A stretch of 64,000 nt of DNA. It comes from Macrostomum lignano (lineage: Eukaryota). A program made the translations under genes and the position numbers. This document shows positions 35,116 through 47,769 of this stretch, one piece after another. The stretch's first letter is position 1. Each line of letters begins with the position of its first letter. The stretch covers positions 1 through 64,000 of the forward strand of contig NIVC01002785.1 in assembly GCA_002269645.1 (NCBI GenBank), in the 5' to 3' direction. Below the pieces are notes generated by a model. That model was not told the origin of the DNA and searched no databases. It saw only the letters and a program-made list of their open reading frames with translations.

Positions 35116-38100
35116 GACATGATGCTGTTGTTGCAGAACTAATTAATAAAATTAACATTTTACATAGACATTATTCTTATTATTTAAATTGACTTTATAT
35201 GTACTTCTACTAGTAGTAGGGTATGAAAAATTATGATTAATAAAGATTTTAAATGCAATAATGTTGTTGACTGAAGAGAGAGATGAGTCATTTCTTATAG
35301 TTCTTTTATAAATTTTAATTCATATATACTCATACCTAATTTATTAAACCTCAACTGGTTATAAAATAAAATATCTTATTAATTTATTAATGTATATTCT
35401 TACAAAAATATTTATTTAATTTGCATAATTCATCTATTAGTCAAAACCTACATAATTATATAAAAGCCAAATGTAAATAAATAACTTTCTAATATACCAG
35501 ATTACTGCAGAAAGCAAAAATCTGAAAATATATCTGAAAATCTGATATTGATGAATTGAAAAATATATATATTAGTAAAGGTAAGGTTAAACTATATCCA
35601 TGGAATTCCTATCGTTTCCTTGATATGACACAACAAAAAAGATTTTTTAAAAATCATTACTTGTTCAAACATGTCTCAATCATATTCTCGAAAAACATTT
35701 AAGAATACTAATATGAGAATCTAATTGCCCATACTTTCCACATTTTATGCACTTTGCTAATTACATAGGAGTATAATACTATATAATGAAAATGCTAATT
35801 CAGTCTAAGCGAAAATATCAATTTTAACATTTTCTTTGTTTCTAAGAAAATTATATACTTGAAATTGAAATGTTCCTCAGGTTATCGGCTGTATAATAAA
35901 TAAGCAATTAGGTCAGTAAAACATATTTTAGCAACTCAACAGACTTCTTAAGCGGCTTGATAAAAATTATTTTTTTATCATAGCAATAAAAGTAAATTTA
36001 AGACATAGAATGACGAGACACGGGTGCAGTGCCCTTTCCTTTCTTTTGATCGTTTCTTGCTGTTGTTAAACGAGGAGGCAAGCTGGGGCAACCCGCGGAT
36101 CAGCCCAAAGAAGGGCTCTGCCGCTATAGTATAGTAGGGGCCATACTGCCAGGGGCCGAAGCCCGAGAGGCCCAGATTGGGACCAGGACTCAAGGCGTGG
36201 TGAAGCCTTATTGGATGCTACTAACCCAAGCATGGACTAAGACACCGCCAACCCAATAGTGGAATCAGGGACGGTGCAAAACCGATCCACCCAAGCCACT
36301 CCCAGCGACAAAACCTGAGTGTGCGCGAAAAAGATTGGAATTGAAAATTGATGAGAACGCACTTTTTTCCAAATTTCACGCTCGCACATGGGTTCCAAAC
36401 TTGCTAGCCTACTAACAGCAGGCTATGGGCGTTTTTCTTCCTCTTTTGTAATTTTTCTAGAATTCATACTAGTAGGACTTTTGTAGCTATATTAATCTGC
36501 CATACTTGTAGTAATAATAAACATAGGCGCGGTTTTTTGCTGCTTTTGGGTCATAAATAATAATTGCGTCTGAGCTAGTTTGACAGCCACCTGCGCCTCA
36601 CTCAGTGCTGGGGCTGGCGCCAGATGGTCTGAGAGGATGCGGGCGGTAGCTTTTTTCTCATCATTTTGACAGGCCATCAAGATTTATGAGGTCAGGGCCT
36701 ATTGTTCGTGTTCACTCAAGCGTGTGACACAGCTTTGACAGCTATGCGTTTTACCCCTAAAAGTACGTTGGGATTAGCGACTAGCGATTTCTCTTTATTA
36801 CCTTCACTTTCTACTTAATAAGAGCTTTCTAATGTATATTTTTTCATTAATTTCTGTCAATTCTACGCGAAAAGTCATAAATCATTTTGTTGCGATTTTG
36901 ATTGATTTATGGCCGCACCTGTCATATTTTTACGACCCCGAGGGAACTGATAGGATCTCCCGGTCACGTGACTTTGGGTGGCAACAAGCTCAGTCAATCA
37001 GAAAATTTGACGCTCATTTTAACAAATCGACTCAGCCAATCAGAATCGACGTGTTCCATTATAACAAACTGCGGTCCAGTTGGCGGCTATTTAAACCGGT
37101 GTTTTTGGCCCGCTCGGACTAACTTTTCAACCCTTTTTGGAGACCGGCCAGGAACTTGTTCTCTCCCTGGCCCGACCGTCGTTTCTTGATCCCCGGATTG
37201 CGACTCCCCCCATCATCATCAAGGACGAATTCCCCCGGTCATCAGCAGTGAACATCAAAGTTAAGAGCGTCACCTGCTAGCTATCTGCGAAGACTGTGAC
37301 AGCATCATCCCGGGTCTACAGCTGCGAAGCACTAAGCCGATTCGGTCACTGTAGATTACCTGGTCTCCGGCTGTTGAGTTTCTGATTGGTTGGGTGAGAG
37401 GCTACCTAGACTTGCTTGATTGGGTGATTCCCTATCTGCCCCCTGTTTCAGTAGCTGGATTAGGCGCACACTTTTGCTCATTTTGTTCAGTAGTGCTGTT
37501 ACTGAGGCAGAAACTATTCAATAATACTGCTAGTAGTCTGAAGCTCCAATTTAATCTGAGGTGTGAAGTGATCTAAGGAGAAGGTTAAATCTAACAGTTA
37601 TTTTTATCGGTTTTATTTCTTTGTTCGCCGATGGCTCAGATGAGTGGCTAAGCTAGTAGGCGCCGGTCATAGTGAACCAATGGCAAGGCAGTTCTCAGTC
37701 GATCGATCTATCGAATCAGTTAGCGAAACTGCCAGTAGTGCAGAATCGGCGCCAGAGATGTACTTTGTGCACTCTAGGTTAGCCAAGCGGCTCGGGTGAT
37801 GAATCATGCGGTCTCTGAGGTTCGAGTTAGCCTATCATCAGCGCTAGGAGAGGCTGGTTGGCGCGTTGAAGGCCAAAAGTACAACTCTTCGTATTTAGCA
37901 ATGTAATAGTACATGTAGCTACCCCATAGTCTCGCCACTGCAAGAATCCCCTGCACAAGTCCCCTCTGTACCTGCATGGCCAATGCGATCAAGTCCCAGC
38001 AGTGTCCCTTATCATCGGCTATGACTTCGAGATTGACAGCAAAAAGACACTAGTTGGCAGGTAAGTGCTAAGCCCCCTCTAGTCGGAAGCCCGATTTCGA

Positions 38101-39731
38101 AAGGTGGCAGCGGGTTAGTTAATCTGCAGATTAGCTGATCTCTACCTTCAAAATTCTCCCTGCTTGTCTCTCGCTGTCCCTCCCTTGGCTCTAGACTGCT
38201 CGCCACACGATCAAGCTACCATGGGGCTGACCATCTGACAGGAGTGGGGGGCCAGGACTCTAATTGATTTATTTCTGAGACCTGAGGCCCGAAGGCTTCC
38301 CCACAAGGGGGCCGAAAGGTCGAAACCCATCAAAATTTTTGGAAAATTTATTGGTAAGCAATCCGAGAGCGGAAAGACCCGATCGACTCTAGGGAAATGG
38401 CTTAATTTTGGAAGCGAGAGTCTGAGCAGCTTATTTACCAAGGGCGAGTTTAGTATCAGGTAGGCAACCGCATAAATCCTCCTATAGGGCTGCGAGCCTC
38501 AAGGCTTTTTTACTACCCAGCTCTAATTAGCCCAAGCCAAGGGGTCGGAGAAGGGGCACCATGGAGCAAAGGGACACCGGACTCAGCTGGTTTTCTCCGA
38601 TTCGGGACGAACTCTTCCCCAGCAGGGACACCAATCCACTGTGAGGGATGAGAGCCAGAGACACAAAAGCAGGGAGACTTCCAGAGGAGCCAGCAGATGG
38701 ACCAAGGGAGCAGGTGGAATCACAGAGGCGAGATCTATCAACTCCTAAATCGCTTCTTGTTACTAGAAAAAATTATGGTTCATAAAAGAAAGTTTTTTCG
38801 TCTTTATGAAATTTATTATTTGCAAAACGACCCCATGCCAGGCCTCAGAGTGCAGAAATATAATCACTCCCGGTCGCCGCCCGGCCACTTCTGTCAGGTG
38901 GTCAAGCCCCAAGGTAGCAAGCTGGTTGCCCCAAGATGTGGCGACCATGCAGCTACGCTCTAGAGGTAAAAGAAGGCAGCGATAGACGAGCAGAGAAATT
39001 TAAAAGTTAGAAATTGGCTATACCTTTAATCCTAAGCTAGGCCAAACCACGGTCACCTACCGAGCGAACTACATATGTAGCTCTCTCGAACTTGGAGTTC
39101 CGACTAGAACACTATTAACTAACCTGTCAACTACATGTAGTATGTCAATGGTCATAAGCCGATAAAAGGGACGCTGCTGGGGCTGGATCGCATTTGCAAC
39201 GACAGAGAAGAATTTTTGCAGCGGAGTTCTTGCGAGGCGAGTGTACAGCTGCAGTGTACAGGGTCGGGGATGTACTATTACTTTATCTAAATCCCATATG
39301 CAAGCTTCTCCCCATTATAAATGTGACTGAAACTCTCCGGCAGCGCTGATCCAGGGAAAAAATTGTTTTGTGATCAAATCTGCCCTCTCATGCACTAAGC
39401 TGGTGCAAATATACTCAAGATGATTCAGAGCTAATAAGCGAAGTTCTCATTATTATAAACACGCAATTTTTTTTGCCTCAAAAAGTTCCGCAAATGAAAA
39501 GCAAGCAAGCAAAGTGCAATGCTCAATCGAGCTACTGAGAACGGGGTCAGATAAAGAGCACAACTGCCCAGCTAAGCAAGTTCCAAGTAGCCTCTCACGT
39601 ACCCAACTAATCAGATATACTCAGACTGCCGATGGCCAAGGAATCCTGAGACCGCCAGACGCAGGACATTTTTGGTAGAGTAAAGGGCGCTGAAATCTTG
39701 ATGCCGATCCAGCATTTGATTTTGATATGTT

Positions 39732-40296
39732 GTGCATCACCGTGCATCACCGTGCATCACAGTGCATCACCGTGCATCACCGTGCATCACCGTGCATCAC
39801 CGTGCATCACCGTGCATCACCGTGCATCACCGTGCATCACCGTGCATCACAGTGCATCACCGTGCATCACCGTGCATCACCGTGCATCACCGTGCATCAC
39901 CGTGCATCACCGTGCATCACCGTGCATCACCGTGCATCACCGTGCATCACAGTGCATCACCGTGCATCACCGTGCATCACCGTGCATCACCGTGCATCAC
40001 CGTGCATCACCGTGCATCACCGTGCATCACCGTGCATCACCGTGCATCACCGTGCATCACCGTGCATCACCGTGCATCACCGTGCATCACCGTGCATCAC
40101 CGTGCATCACCGTGCATCACCGTGCATCACCGTGCATCACAGTGCATCACCGTGCATCACCGTGCATCACCGTGCATCACCGTGCATCACCGTGCATCAC
40201 CGTGCATCACCGTGCATCACCGTGCATCACCGTGCATCACCGTGCATCACCGTGCATCACCGTGCATCACCGTGCATCACCGTGCATCACCGTGTA
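39732..40296. repeat. 10-bp minisatellite (CGTGCATCAC)n
   Basis: About 56 nearly perfect units. Confidence 0.95.
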
Positions 40297-41564
40297 TCCC
40301 GCGAAGACGTTGGCATGTCACAATCCGGCACACGTAGTAGATTCTGATCGGCAACATTTTTGAGAAATTAGAAGAGCCAAAAAAACTTATGAAGTCCGGC
40401 GAGCACTGAAAAATGACAGGTGCTGTCATAAATCATCCGATTTTGATACAAAATGATTTATGAGTTTCAGCAATGCCAAGTCCAAAATCGACATAAAAAT
40501 ACAGTTACTTTGGATCGGGGATTGATGAGGAGAGTGCAATGGGATATTCTAAGAGAAGATTAGGATTAAAACGAATATTAGGGGTTAAGATTACACCTAA
40601 TCCAAATATCGATTTTTCACCGTGTAGAGTATCACAAGTATCACCGTGTATCTCAGAGTAGCACCCAAGGACAACTAAAGCAACGTATATACAGGACGCG
40701 ACTTTCACTTTTCATGGAAAAAGTTTTGAAGGCCAGTTTTCGCCGAAAAATACACTACGGATACAGGAAGTTTTCATTTTTTCAGCACTAAAATTGTGAT
40801 TGCCTTCGATAGGAAGCAGACCCAGTGTTCATATTTTAATATGTTGTGCCTTTCTTATTGCTCTATCAATTTTCATAAAGCTTTTTGTTCAGAAAATTAG
40901 GATTCTATGATAATTTTTGATTCTACGCACTATTGCACGTGCCCTATGCCTAAAAACCCATTAAGATGGTTTGGCTCGGCTCATTGATTTTATGAATCTG
41001 TTTTTTCATTCTTAGCTGACTGTGTAACAATATGTGTAACAGAGATTATGAAATAGATGCATAAAACCTATGAGTCGGGCTGTGCCATGCACTTTTATGA
41101 TTTTAGGTATAGGAAATGTACTTAGAATAAAAATAACATCCGCGGTGCCGTAGAATCCCAATTTTCTGAACGAAAAGCTTTATGAATGTCAATAGAATTA
41201 CAAGAAAGGCCAGACATACCAAAAGACAAACATTGGGTCTGCGTGTCCTATCGAAAGCAATAAAAATTTTTGTGTTGAAAAAATGCACTAATGATACAGC
41301 ATCGGCCCATGCATGTACAAAAATTTCTATACTCGTACATGCCAATTTGCTTGTGCAAAGACCGTCCAGATCGTCAGGTAGGCTGGCGACTCCGTCAGCG
41401 TGACCCTTTTGTGGCGAACCCTTTGTGGGGACCCTTTGACTTAACTTGACTTAGCTGCAGGGCTGTCCCGGAGGGGACACGGTGGGAAGGCACAGACGAC
41501 GCCCAGGGAGGCCCCCCAGTTGTGCAGCTGTGTTGCGCTCTGGAAAGTAGAGTTTAGCCTAGAG

Positions 41565-42748
41565 CACAGAATATAGACAGAATGGCCGATCAGCCCTCTC
41601 GCAGAAAAATCTGCCGCAAAAAGTATTAGCATATTTAGCTACTTTTGTGATGAAGAAAGATAGTAGTCACTTATACTTACTCGTATGCGGCTCGGAAAGG
41701 TTCTGCCATAGACGACTGAGACTGCGAGTAGCAGCAGCCGATGCCATAGAATATACAGTATATTCTGTGACAGCGGCTGCTGCTACTGACATTAATAAGG
41801 CAGTGATTGGCAGCAACGAAGGCATTAACAGAGACAACTGTAACATTATGACAGCATCAAGAAGGCAATGCGCTGCTCATGGCTGCCAGAATTACGCAAA
41901 CAAATGTCCTGCACAAACGAGATTTCATCGTTTCCCAGCAAACCGTGAAAGGTATGTTCATGTACATGCGTGACTTGCCTGCTATTGCCACACAGTCATT
42001 CACTGAAACCTCACTACTGTAGGTGTGAAGATTGGGCTCGGCACATCTTCCGATCAGACCTCTTGGGCAAGAAAAACAAAGCGAGGTGGAAGAACGCTGT
42101 CGTGTGCAGCCACCATTTTCCCGACAGCATGTACGTGTGTCCTGACCAGAGACATGAGCCTGGGGTCAGACTGATGCCCACGGCATACCCGACGCTCCAG
42201 CTGTACAAAGAAAGAGCAGAACCTTACCGCTGCAGTTAAAAGAATGGGACTCACGCTTTCCGGCATCGTGTGTGACCAGGAGTCTACTCAGTGGCAGTGT
42301 TTGCGACAGTTAGGTGCGAATCCTGATCGCCCTTCCGTGTGCATCGAAGTAGACGGAGTTCAGTCACTGATTCCAGCTTTCATCGATGTTCCTCATTGCT
42401 TAAAGAACATGCGAAATGCTCTGCATAAGCATTGCATTGAATTTGATTATAGCGGCACTCGAAAAACTGCAAACTGGGCAGATATTGTTGCTGTGGCTCA
42501 AGTAGAACTAGGAAAGCCTGGAATCAATTATTAATCAGCCTAGGCACTGCCAAACCTGTTAATTTTAAATTCTGAAGCAGTATCTAAGTTTATAGAATCA
42601 TACGCAGAGTCTACATATATTATAAATATACATTTGCATATCGAGTTTTCATAACTACTGCTCCGCTTCACCACAAAAGTAGTTTGTTTGCATATTAATT
42701 TCCAAACATTCTACGACAGCCGAACGGGCATTCTGTCTATATTCTGTG
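41565..42748 (+). mobile_element. Internally deleted P-element/THAP9-superfamily DNA transposon (1184 bp)
   Basis: Perfect 20-bp TIR CACAGAATATAGACAGAATG (27/31 when extended), perfect 8-bp TSD GCCTAGAG, a THAP domain, and a transposase fragment GIVCDQESTQ...FIDVPHCLKNMRNAL. It interrupts a LINE remnant. Confidence 0.92.
41848..42239 (+). CDS. THAP zinc-finger-only ORF (106 aa; exons 41848-41951 and 42023-42239) inside the P-like element
   Basis: CAAHGCQN...FHRFPANRER|CEDW...VVCSHHF...RLMPTAYPTL is the C2CH THAP signature; the phase-2 GT-AG intron is intact. Confidence 0.7.
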
Positions 42749-43584
42749 GCCTAGAGGGTGGCCCGTAGGTAGCGCATTGAGCTTTTGTACGATTTTGGGT
42801 CTGTTGGATCGTTTCGTAATGCTGTCATTTCTGAGTACTTGGAGAATTGGTGCACCGTAGGTCATGGCGCTCTCAACATATGCTCTGTAGAGCATTTTTA
42901 GTGTCTCACTGCTGAGTTTGGTGAGTTTGGAGATTCGATGGATTGACATAATAAGTGCTCTGCATTTGGTGATTACAGCCTTACACTGGGGTTTCAGGGT
43001 GAGTCTATAGTCAAGGTTAATGCCCAGAAATTTCACTTCTTTTTGGTAGGTTAGGGTTGCGTCTCCTAGTTTTAGTTCCGGCCTGATGTCCCTTCTAGTC
43101 GGGTTCGCTGGGGCATAGGAAAAGACTATAGCTTGACTTTTGCTAGCATTTATTTTGATGCCTTGTTCTCCGCACCAGGCCCAAAGGCTGTTCAGGTAGG
43201 GTTGAACTATATTTCGGAGTTCTCCGAAGGAATTGACAGATCCCCAGATGGCCATGTCATCTGCAAATTGGCTCTTCTTGATGTCTGGATGACCCGTTTG
43301 GGGCATTGTGCTGATGAAGAGCAGGTATAAGAAGGGGCTGAGTAATGAGTATACCTCCCTGGGGAACGCCTGCCATAATTTGAAACGAGTCACTAAGGAT
43401 GTTGTTAACCTTGAACCGAAAACTTCTGTTCTCAAGGTAGTTAAAGCAGATCCTGGTAATGGCTGTTGGCAAGTCTACCTGGAACATTCTATACCTAATA
43501 TAGTTATGGACCATCGTGTCAAAGGCTCCCTCCACATCGAGAAAGATGCCTAGGCTTCTCAAGTGTTCTGCTTCTACTAAATTT

Positions 43585-44135
43585 ACATCTGGAGCTGCAA
43601 AAGTTTACGGTAAAACTGAGATGCTCCCGAATAACATTTCAAGTTAGCTGCACCGGCCCCTTCTCATTTTGCATGGCCTGCGCGCATATAGAACACGGAC
43701 TACTTAAGTACGACAATTAAGTAGTCCGTGATATAGACTAGTCTAGCAACACGCCAAATGCTCGCTGCACAATCTTAGTAAAGGCATTTAGGCAGGTCGC
43801 AGAAAAAAAACGACAGAAAAATGATAAATCTTTCCGAATCCAGCTGCCAACAAACCTAAGCCACCCCCTGTTGAGCAGTGGAGCAGCCCCAAACCAGTGC
43901 TGTCGAACCTCTGGGGTAGTTGAAGCCCTGCTCAATACGCCGTAAACAACGCCGTGTGCAGTGGTTTCAGCGCCAAAATTATCCGGAGCAGTGGCCCTGG
44001 AAATTGTCTTTTTGAATGCGTGTGCGCACAGAATCCATGCCTGAGAGTTTTGGGAGCCTTTCGTTTGGGGCTATAGAGAGTTGTTTCTATTTCAAAAGCA
44101 TTCATCGCGAATGCACACAATAGGCGACCTTAGAT
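43585..44135. repeat. ~550-bp dispersed repeat; second copy at ~56535-57150
   Basis: Long shared blocks such as AAACTGAGATGCTCCCGAATAACATTTCAAG and GAGCAGTGGCCCTGGAAATT. Confidence 0.8.
43694..43730. mobile_element. 37-bp TIR-only insertion with an 8-bp TSD
   Basis: ATATAGAA-[CACGGACTACTTAA GTACGACAA TTAAGTAGTCCGTG]-ATATAGAC; absent from the paralogous repeat at ~56691-56708. Confidence 0.8.
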
Positions 44136-44149
44136 GAAACACCTTTAGT

Positions 44150-44757
44150 TCTGCAGGATAGGTGTTTTAGGTCTGCAGGATAGGTGTTTTAGGTCTGCAG
44201 GATTACTTGTGCTTTAGGTCTGCAAGATGAGTGTGTTTTAGGTCGGTATTAGGTCTGCAGGATAGGTGTTTTAGGTCTGCAGGATAGGTGTTTTAGGTCT
44301 GCATGATAGGTGTTTTAGGTCTGCATGATAGGTGTTTTAGGTCTGCAGGATAGGCGTGTTTTAGGTCTGCAAGATAGGCGTGTTTTAGGTCTGCAGGATA
44401 GGTGTTTTAGGTCTGCATGATAGGTGTTTTAGGTCTGCATGATAGGTGTTTTAGGTCTGCAGGATAGGCGTGTTTTAGGTCTGCAAGATAGGCGTGTTTT
44501 AGGTCTGCAGGATAGGTGTTTTAGGTCTGCAGGATAGGTGTTTTAGGTCTGCAGGATAGGTGTTTTAGGTCTGCAGGATAGGTGTTTTAGGTCTGCAGGA
44601 TAGGTGTTTTAGGTCTGCAGGATAGGTGTTTTAGGTCTGCAGGATAGGTGTTTTAGGTCTGCAGGATAGGCGTGTTTTAGGTCTGCAGGATAGGCGTGTA
44701 TTAGGTCTGCAGGATAGGCGTGTATTAGGTCTGCAAGATAGGCGTGTTTTAGGTCTG
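44150..44757. repeat. 22/24-bp minisatellite (TTTTAGGTCTGCAGGATAGGTG)n
   Basis: Tandem units; part of the block duplicated at 47770-50030. Confidence 0.93.
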
Positions 44758-45194
44758 ATTTTGTCTCTTTGGAAGTTGATTTAGTGCTTTTTGTGTAGTG
44801 AATAATTTCCACAAAGCCCCTGTATCAGCATTTTACAAATAAGCAAAATTATCTTGCCAATAGGCGGTCAGTACTGGCTTGCTAAGAGTTTGTTAAAAGC
44901 CGAAGAAGCTACAAATTAAAAAAAGAATATCGTGGTTTAATAGGAAGTTAGACAAGCAAGTCTGCTGCTAACATTGATCTAAACCGAATAAATAAAAAAT
45001 GAAAAAACGTAAACAGAGAATGTTGAGAATATTTTGATATGGAGGTTAGGTACAGGCAATCGAGTTTATACTAAAAAACAAAACTTGATACTGAAGGATC
45101 TGGCAATTTGTTTATATGAGTTCAGCTGTTTAAGTCTAGCTTAAATTTAGAGTTCCTATCGTATCAGGATCTTCTGCTGTTGCTAAGCAGTGGC

Positions 45195-45576
45195 TCACAG
45201 CCGGCAGCTGATGACGGCCATGGCGGCAGCTGGCAGCAGCAGCAGCCAGGAGAGGCTGCGGAGGCGCTCACCGGAGTTGCAAAAGTCACTGCTGCAGCAG
45301 TAGACGTAGTTTCCATACCTGTCCGTTCCCCCACGGCAGTAGCTGGCACATAAGCGGTCCACAGTTGTGGTGCCGTAGTACTTGTATTTCTGCAATTAGT
45401 CATGCGGAATGCTGAGGTGACTTATGAGCTGGTTAGACTGTCTGTCTGACAGTTTTAACTCACTGCGCAGTAGGTGCAGCCGCTAACAACATTGTTCTGA
45501 CTGCTGTAGAATTTCTCGCTGCAGGTTGTGCAGTTGTAGCAATCCAGAAAAAGGGCATCGGCATTGAGCGTCACAA
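45195..45576 (-). CDS. Ly6/three-finger (LU-domain) gene B: exon 2 (45576-45464) and exon 3 (45389-45195) intact, no own signal-peptide exon found
   Basis: LDCYNCTTC...GCTYCA|KYKYY...LCASYC...YCCSSDFCN followed by a hydrophobic GPI-type tail; in frame, and paralogous to gene A. Confidence 0.7.
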
Positions 45577-45621
45577 CTGCATGGGCGAATTAGTTAGCGA
45601 GTAAATTTACTCATTGCTCAT

Positions 45622-47080
45622 TACTGGCGCCCCTCAATTCTGGCGCTCATTACTGGCGCCCCTCAATTCTGGCGCTCATTAATACTGGCGCCCCTCAATT
45701 CTGGCGCTCATTAATACTGGCGCCCCTCAATTCTGGCGCTCATTACTGGCGCCCCTCAATTCTGGCGCTCATTAATACTGGCGCCCTTCAATTCTGGCGC
45801 TTATTAATACTGGCGCCCTTCAATTCTGGCGCTCATTACTGGTGCCCCTCAATTCTGGCGCTCATTACTGGCGCCCTTCAATTCTGGCGCTCATTACTGG
45901 TGCCCCAGGATTCTGGCGCTCATTACTGGCGCCCCTCAATTCTGGCGCTCATTACTGGCGCCCCTCAATTCTGGCGCTCATTAATACTGGCGCCCCTCAA
46001 TTCTGGCACTCATTAATACTGGCGCCCCTCAATTCTGGCGCTCATTACTGGCGCCCCTCAATTCTGGCGCTCATTAATACTGGCGCCCCTCAATTCTGGC
46101 GCTCATTACTGGTGCCCCAGGATTCTGGCGCTCATTACTGGCGCCCCTCAATTCTGGCGCTCATTAATACTGGCGCCCTTCAATTCTGGCGCTCATTAAT
46201 ACTGGCGCCCTTCAATTCTGGCGCTCATTAATACTGGCGCCCTTCAATTCTGGCGCTCAATAATACTGGCGCCCTTCAATTCTGGCGCTCATTAATACTG
46301 GCGCCCCTCAATTCTGGCGCTCATTACTGGCGCCCCTCAATTCTGGCGCTCATTAATACTGGCGCCCCTCAATTTTGGCGCTCATTACTGGCGCCCCTCA
46401 ATTCTGGCGCTTATTAATACTGGCGCCCTTCAATTCTGGCGCTCCTTGCGCCCTCAATTCTGGCGCTCATTACTGGCGCCCCTCAATTCTGGCGCTCATT
46501 AATACTGGCGCCTCTCAATTCTGGCGCTCATTAGTGGCGCCCCTCAATTCTGGCGCTCATTACTGGCGCCCCTCAATTCTGGCGCTCATTACTGGTGCCA
46601 CAAGATTCTGGAGCTCATTACTGGCGCCCCTCAATTCTGGCGCTCATTACCGCTCATTACTGGCGCCCCTCAATTCTGGCACTCATTACTGGCGCCCCTC
46701 AATTCTGGCGCTCATTACTGGCGCCCCTCAATTCTGGCGCTCATTACTGGTGCCACAAGATTCTGGAGCTCATTACTGGCGCCCCTCAATTCTGGCGCTC
46801 ATTACCGCTCATTACTGGCGCCCCTCAATTCTGGCACTCATTACTGGCGCCCCTCAATTCTGGCGCTCATTACTGGCGCCCCTCAATTCTGGCGCTCATT
46901 ACTGGCGCCCCTCAATTCTGGCGCTCATTACTGGTGCCCCAAGATTCTGGAGCTCATTACTGGCGCCCCTCAATTCTGGCGCTCATTACTGGCGCCCCTC
47001 AATTCTGGCGCTCATTACTGGTGCCCCAAGATTCTGGAGCTCATTACTGGCGCCCCTCAATTCTGGCGCTCATTACTGCT
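45622..47080. repeat. 29/32-bp minisatellite (CTGGCGCTCATTACTGGCGCCCCTCAATT)n
   Basis: About 48 tandem units. Confidence 0.93.
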
Positions 47081-47382
47081 GGCAACCACCCAATAAAAAT
47101 GCAGACTACGCCCGCAACCGTGCATAAAAGACAATTAAATGGTACAACCGTGGAAAGTGAACCGCGGAGAATTCAAACTGAGTAGAGTTTTATCTCACAA
47201 TTCCCAGTGGTTAATTTCGCACTAGCTGTACATGCAATGCAGTCCCAGACCCACAGCCACGCCCAGAGCCAAACCTCGTGTATATACGAGGAGGCGCTCC
47301 GGTTCCTGCTATTCTAACAAAGTTCACAATCCCGAAGACTTTCCGAAGAGCTGCCAAATCTAAACACTGATCCGCACGCACA

Positions 47383-47607
47383 ATGCGACTTGGACTGGTT
47401 CTCCTGCTGCTGCTCGGGGGTAAGAGACAGAGCTGGGGGACACCGGGAATTCTGCGATGAAATCCGATAAAACCGACTAACCAACCAAACTTCCTCATAG
47501 CCTTCATGCTGACTGCCGAGGCCATCAATTGCTACACCTGCACGCTGTGCAGCGAGACTTTCAAAATGAGCGAAGTGTCCACAGCGACCAACTGCACCTA
47601 CTGCGGA
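47383..47607 (+). CDS. Ly6/three-finger gene C: exon 1 (47383-47419) and exon 2 (47501-47607); exon 3 not found
   Basis: MRLGLVLLLLLG|AFMLTAEAINCYTCTLCSETF...NCTYCG|gtgag; TATATA at ~47281. Confidence 0.65.
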
Positions 47608-47769
47608 GTGAGTGCTTGCTCTCTTTTATGACCTGAGGAACTTAACAAGGGGGAAACTCCAAGAGGCACAGAGGGAGAAATAGGGGAGAGACCAAGAGAA
47701 GTCCGAGAGAAAGAGAGAGAGAGAGAGAAAGAGAGAGCAGGCAAACTGCTATGATTTCATTTTGACATG

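Larger units (their letters stand above)
41430..43562 (-). mobile_element. 5'-truncated LINE (non-LTR RT) remnant, split by the P-like element (parts 43562-42749 and 41564-~41430)
   Basis: IFLDVEGAFDTM, GVPQGGIL, QFADDMAIW and VKFLGINLDYRL motifs; the sequence resumes across the GCCTAGAG TSD. Confidence 0.85.

Noticed and set aside
38270-38330. GGCCGAAAGGTCGAAAC resembling hammerhead stem II plus GAAAC, among several small hairpins
   Set aside because: There is no correctly placed CUGANGA core and no convincing stems I and III; it may be a structured UTR, but no family is supportable.
39698-40363. His/Cys-rich ORFs (ASPCITVHHR)n
   Set aside because: Translation of a 10-bp tandem repeat that is open in all three frames.
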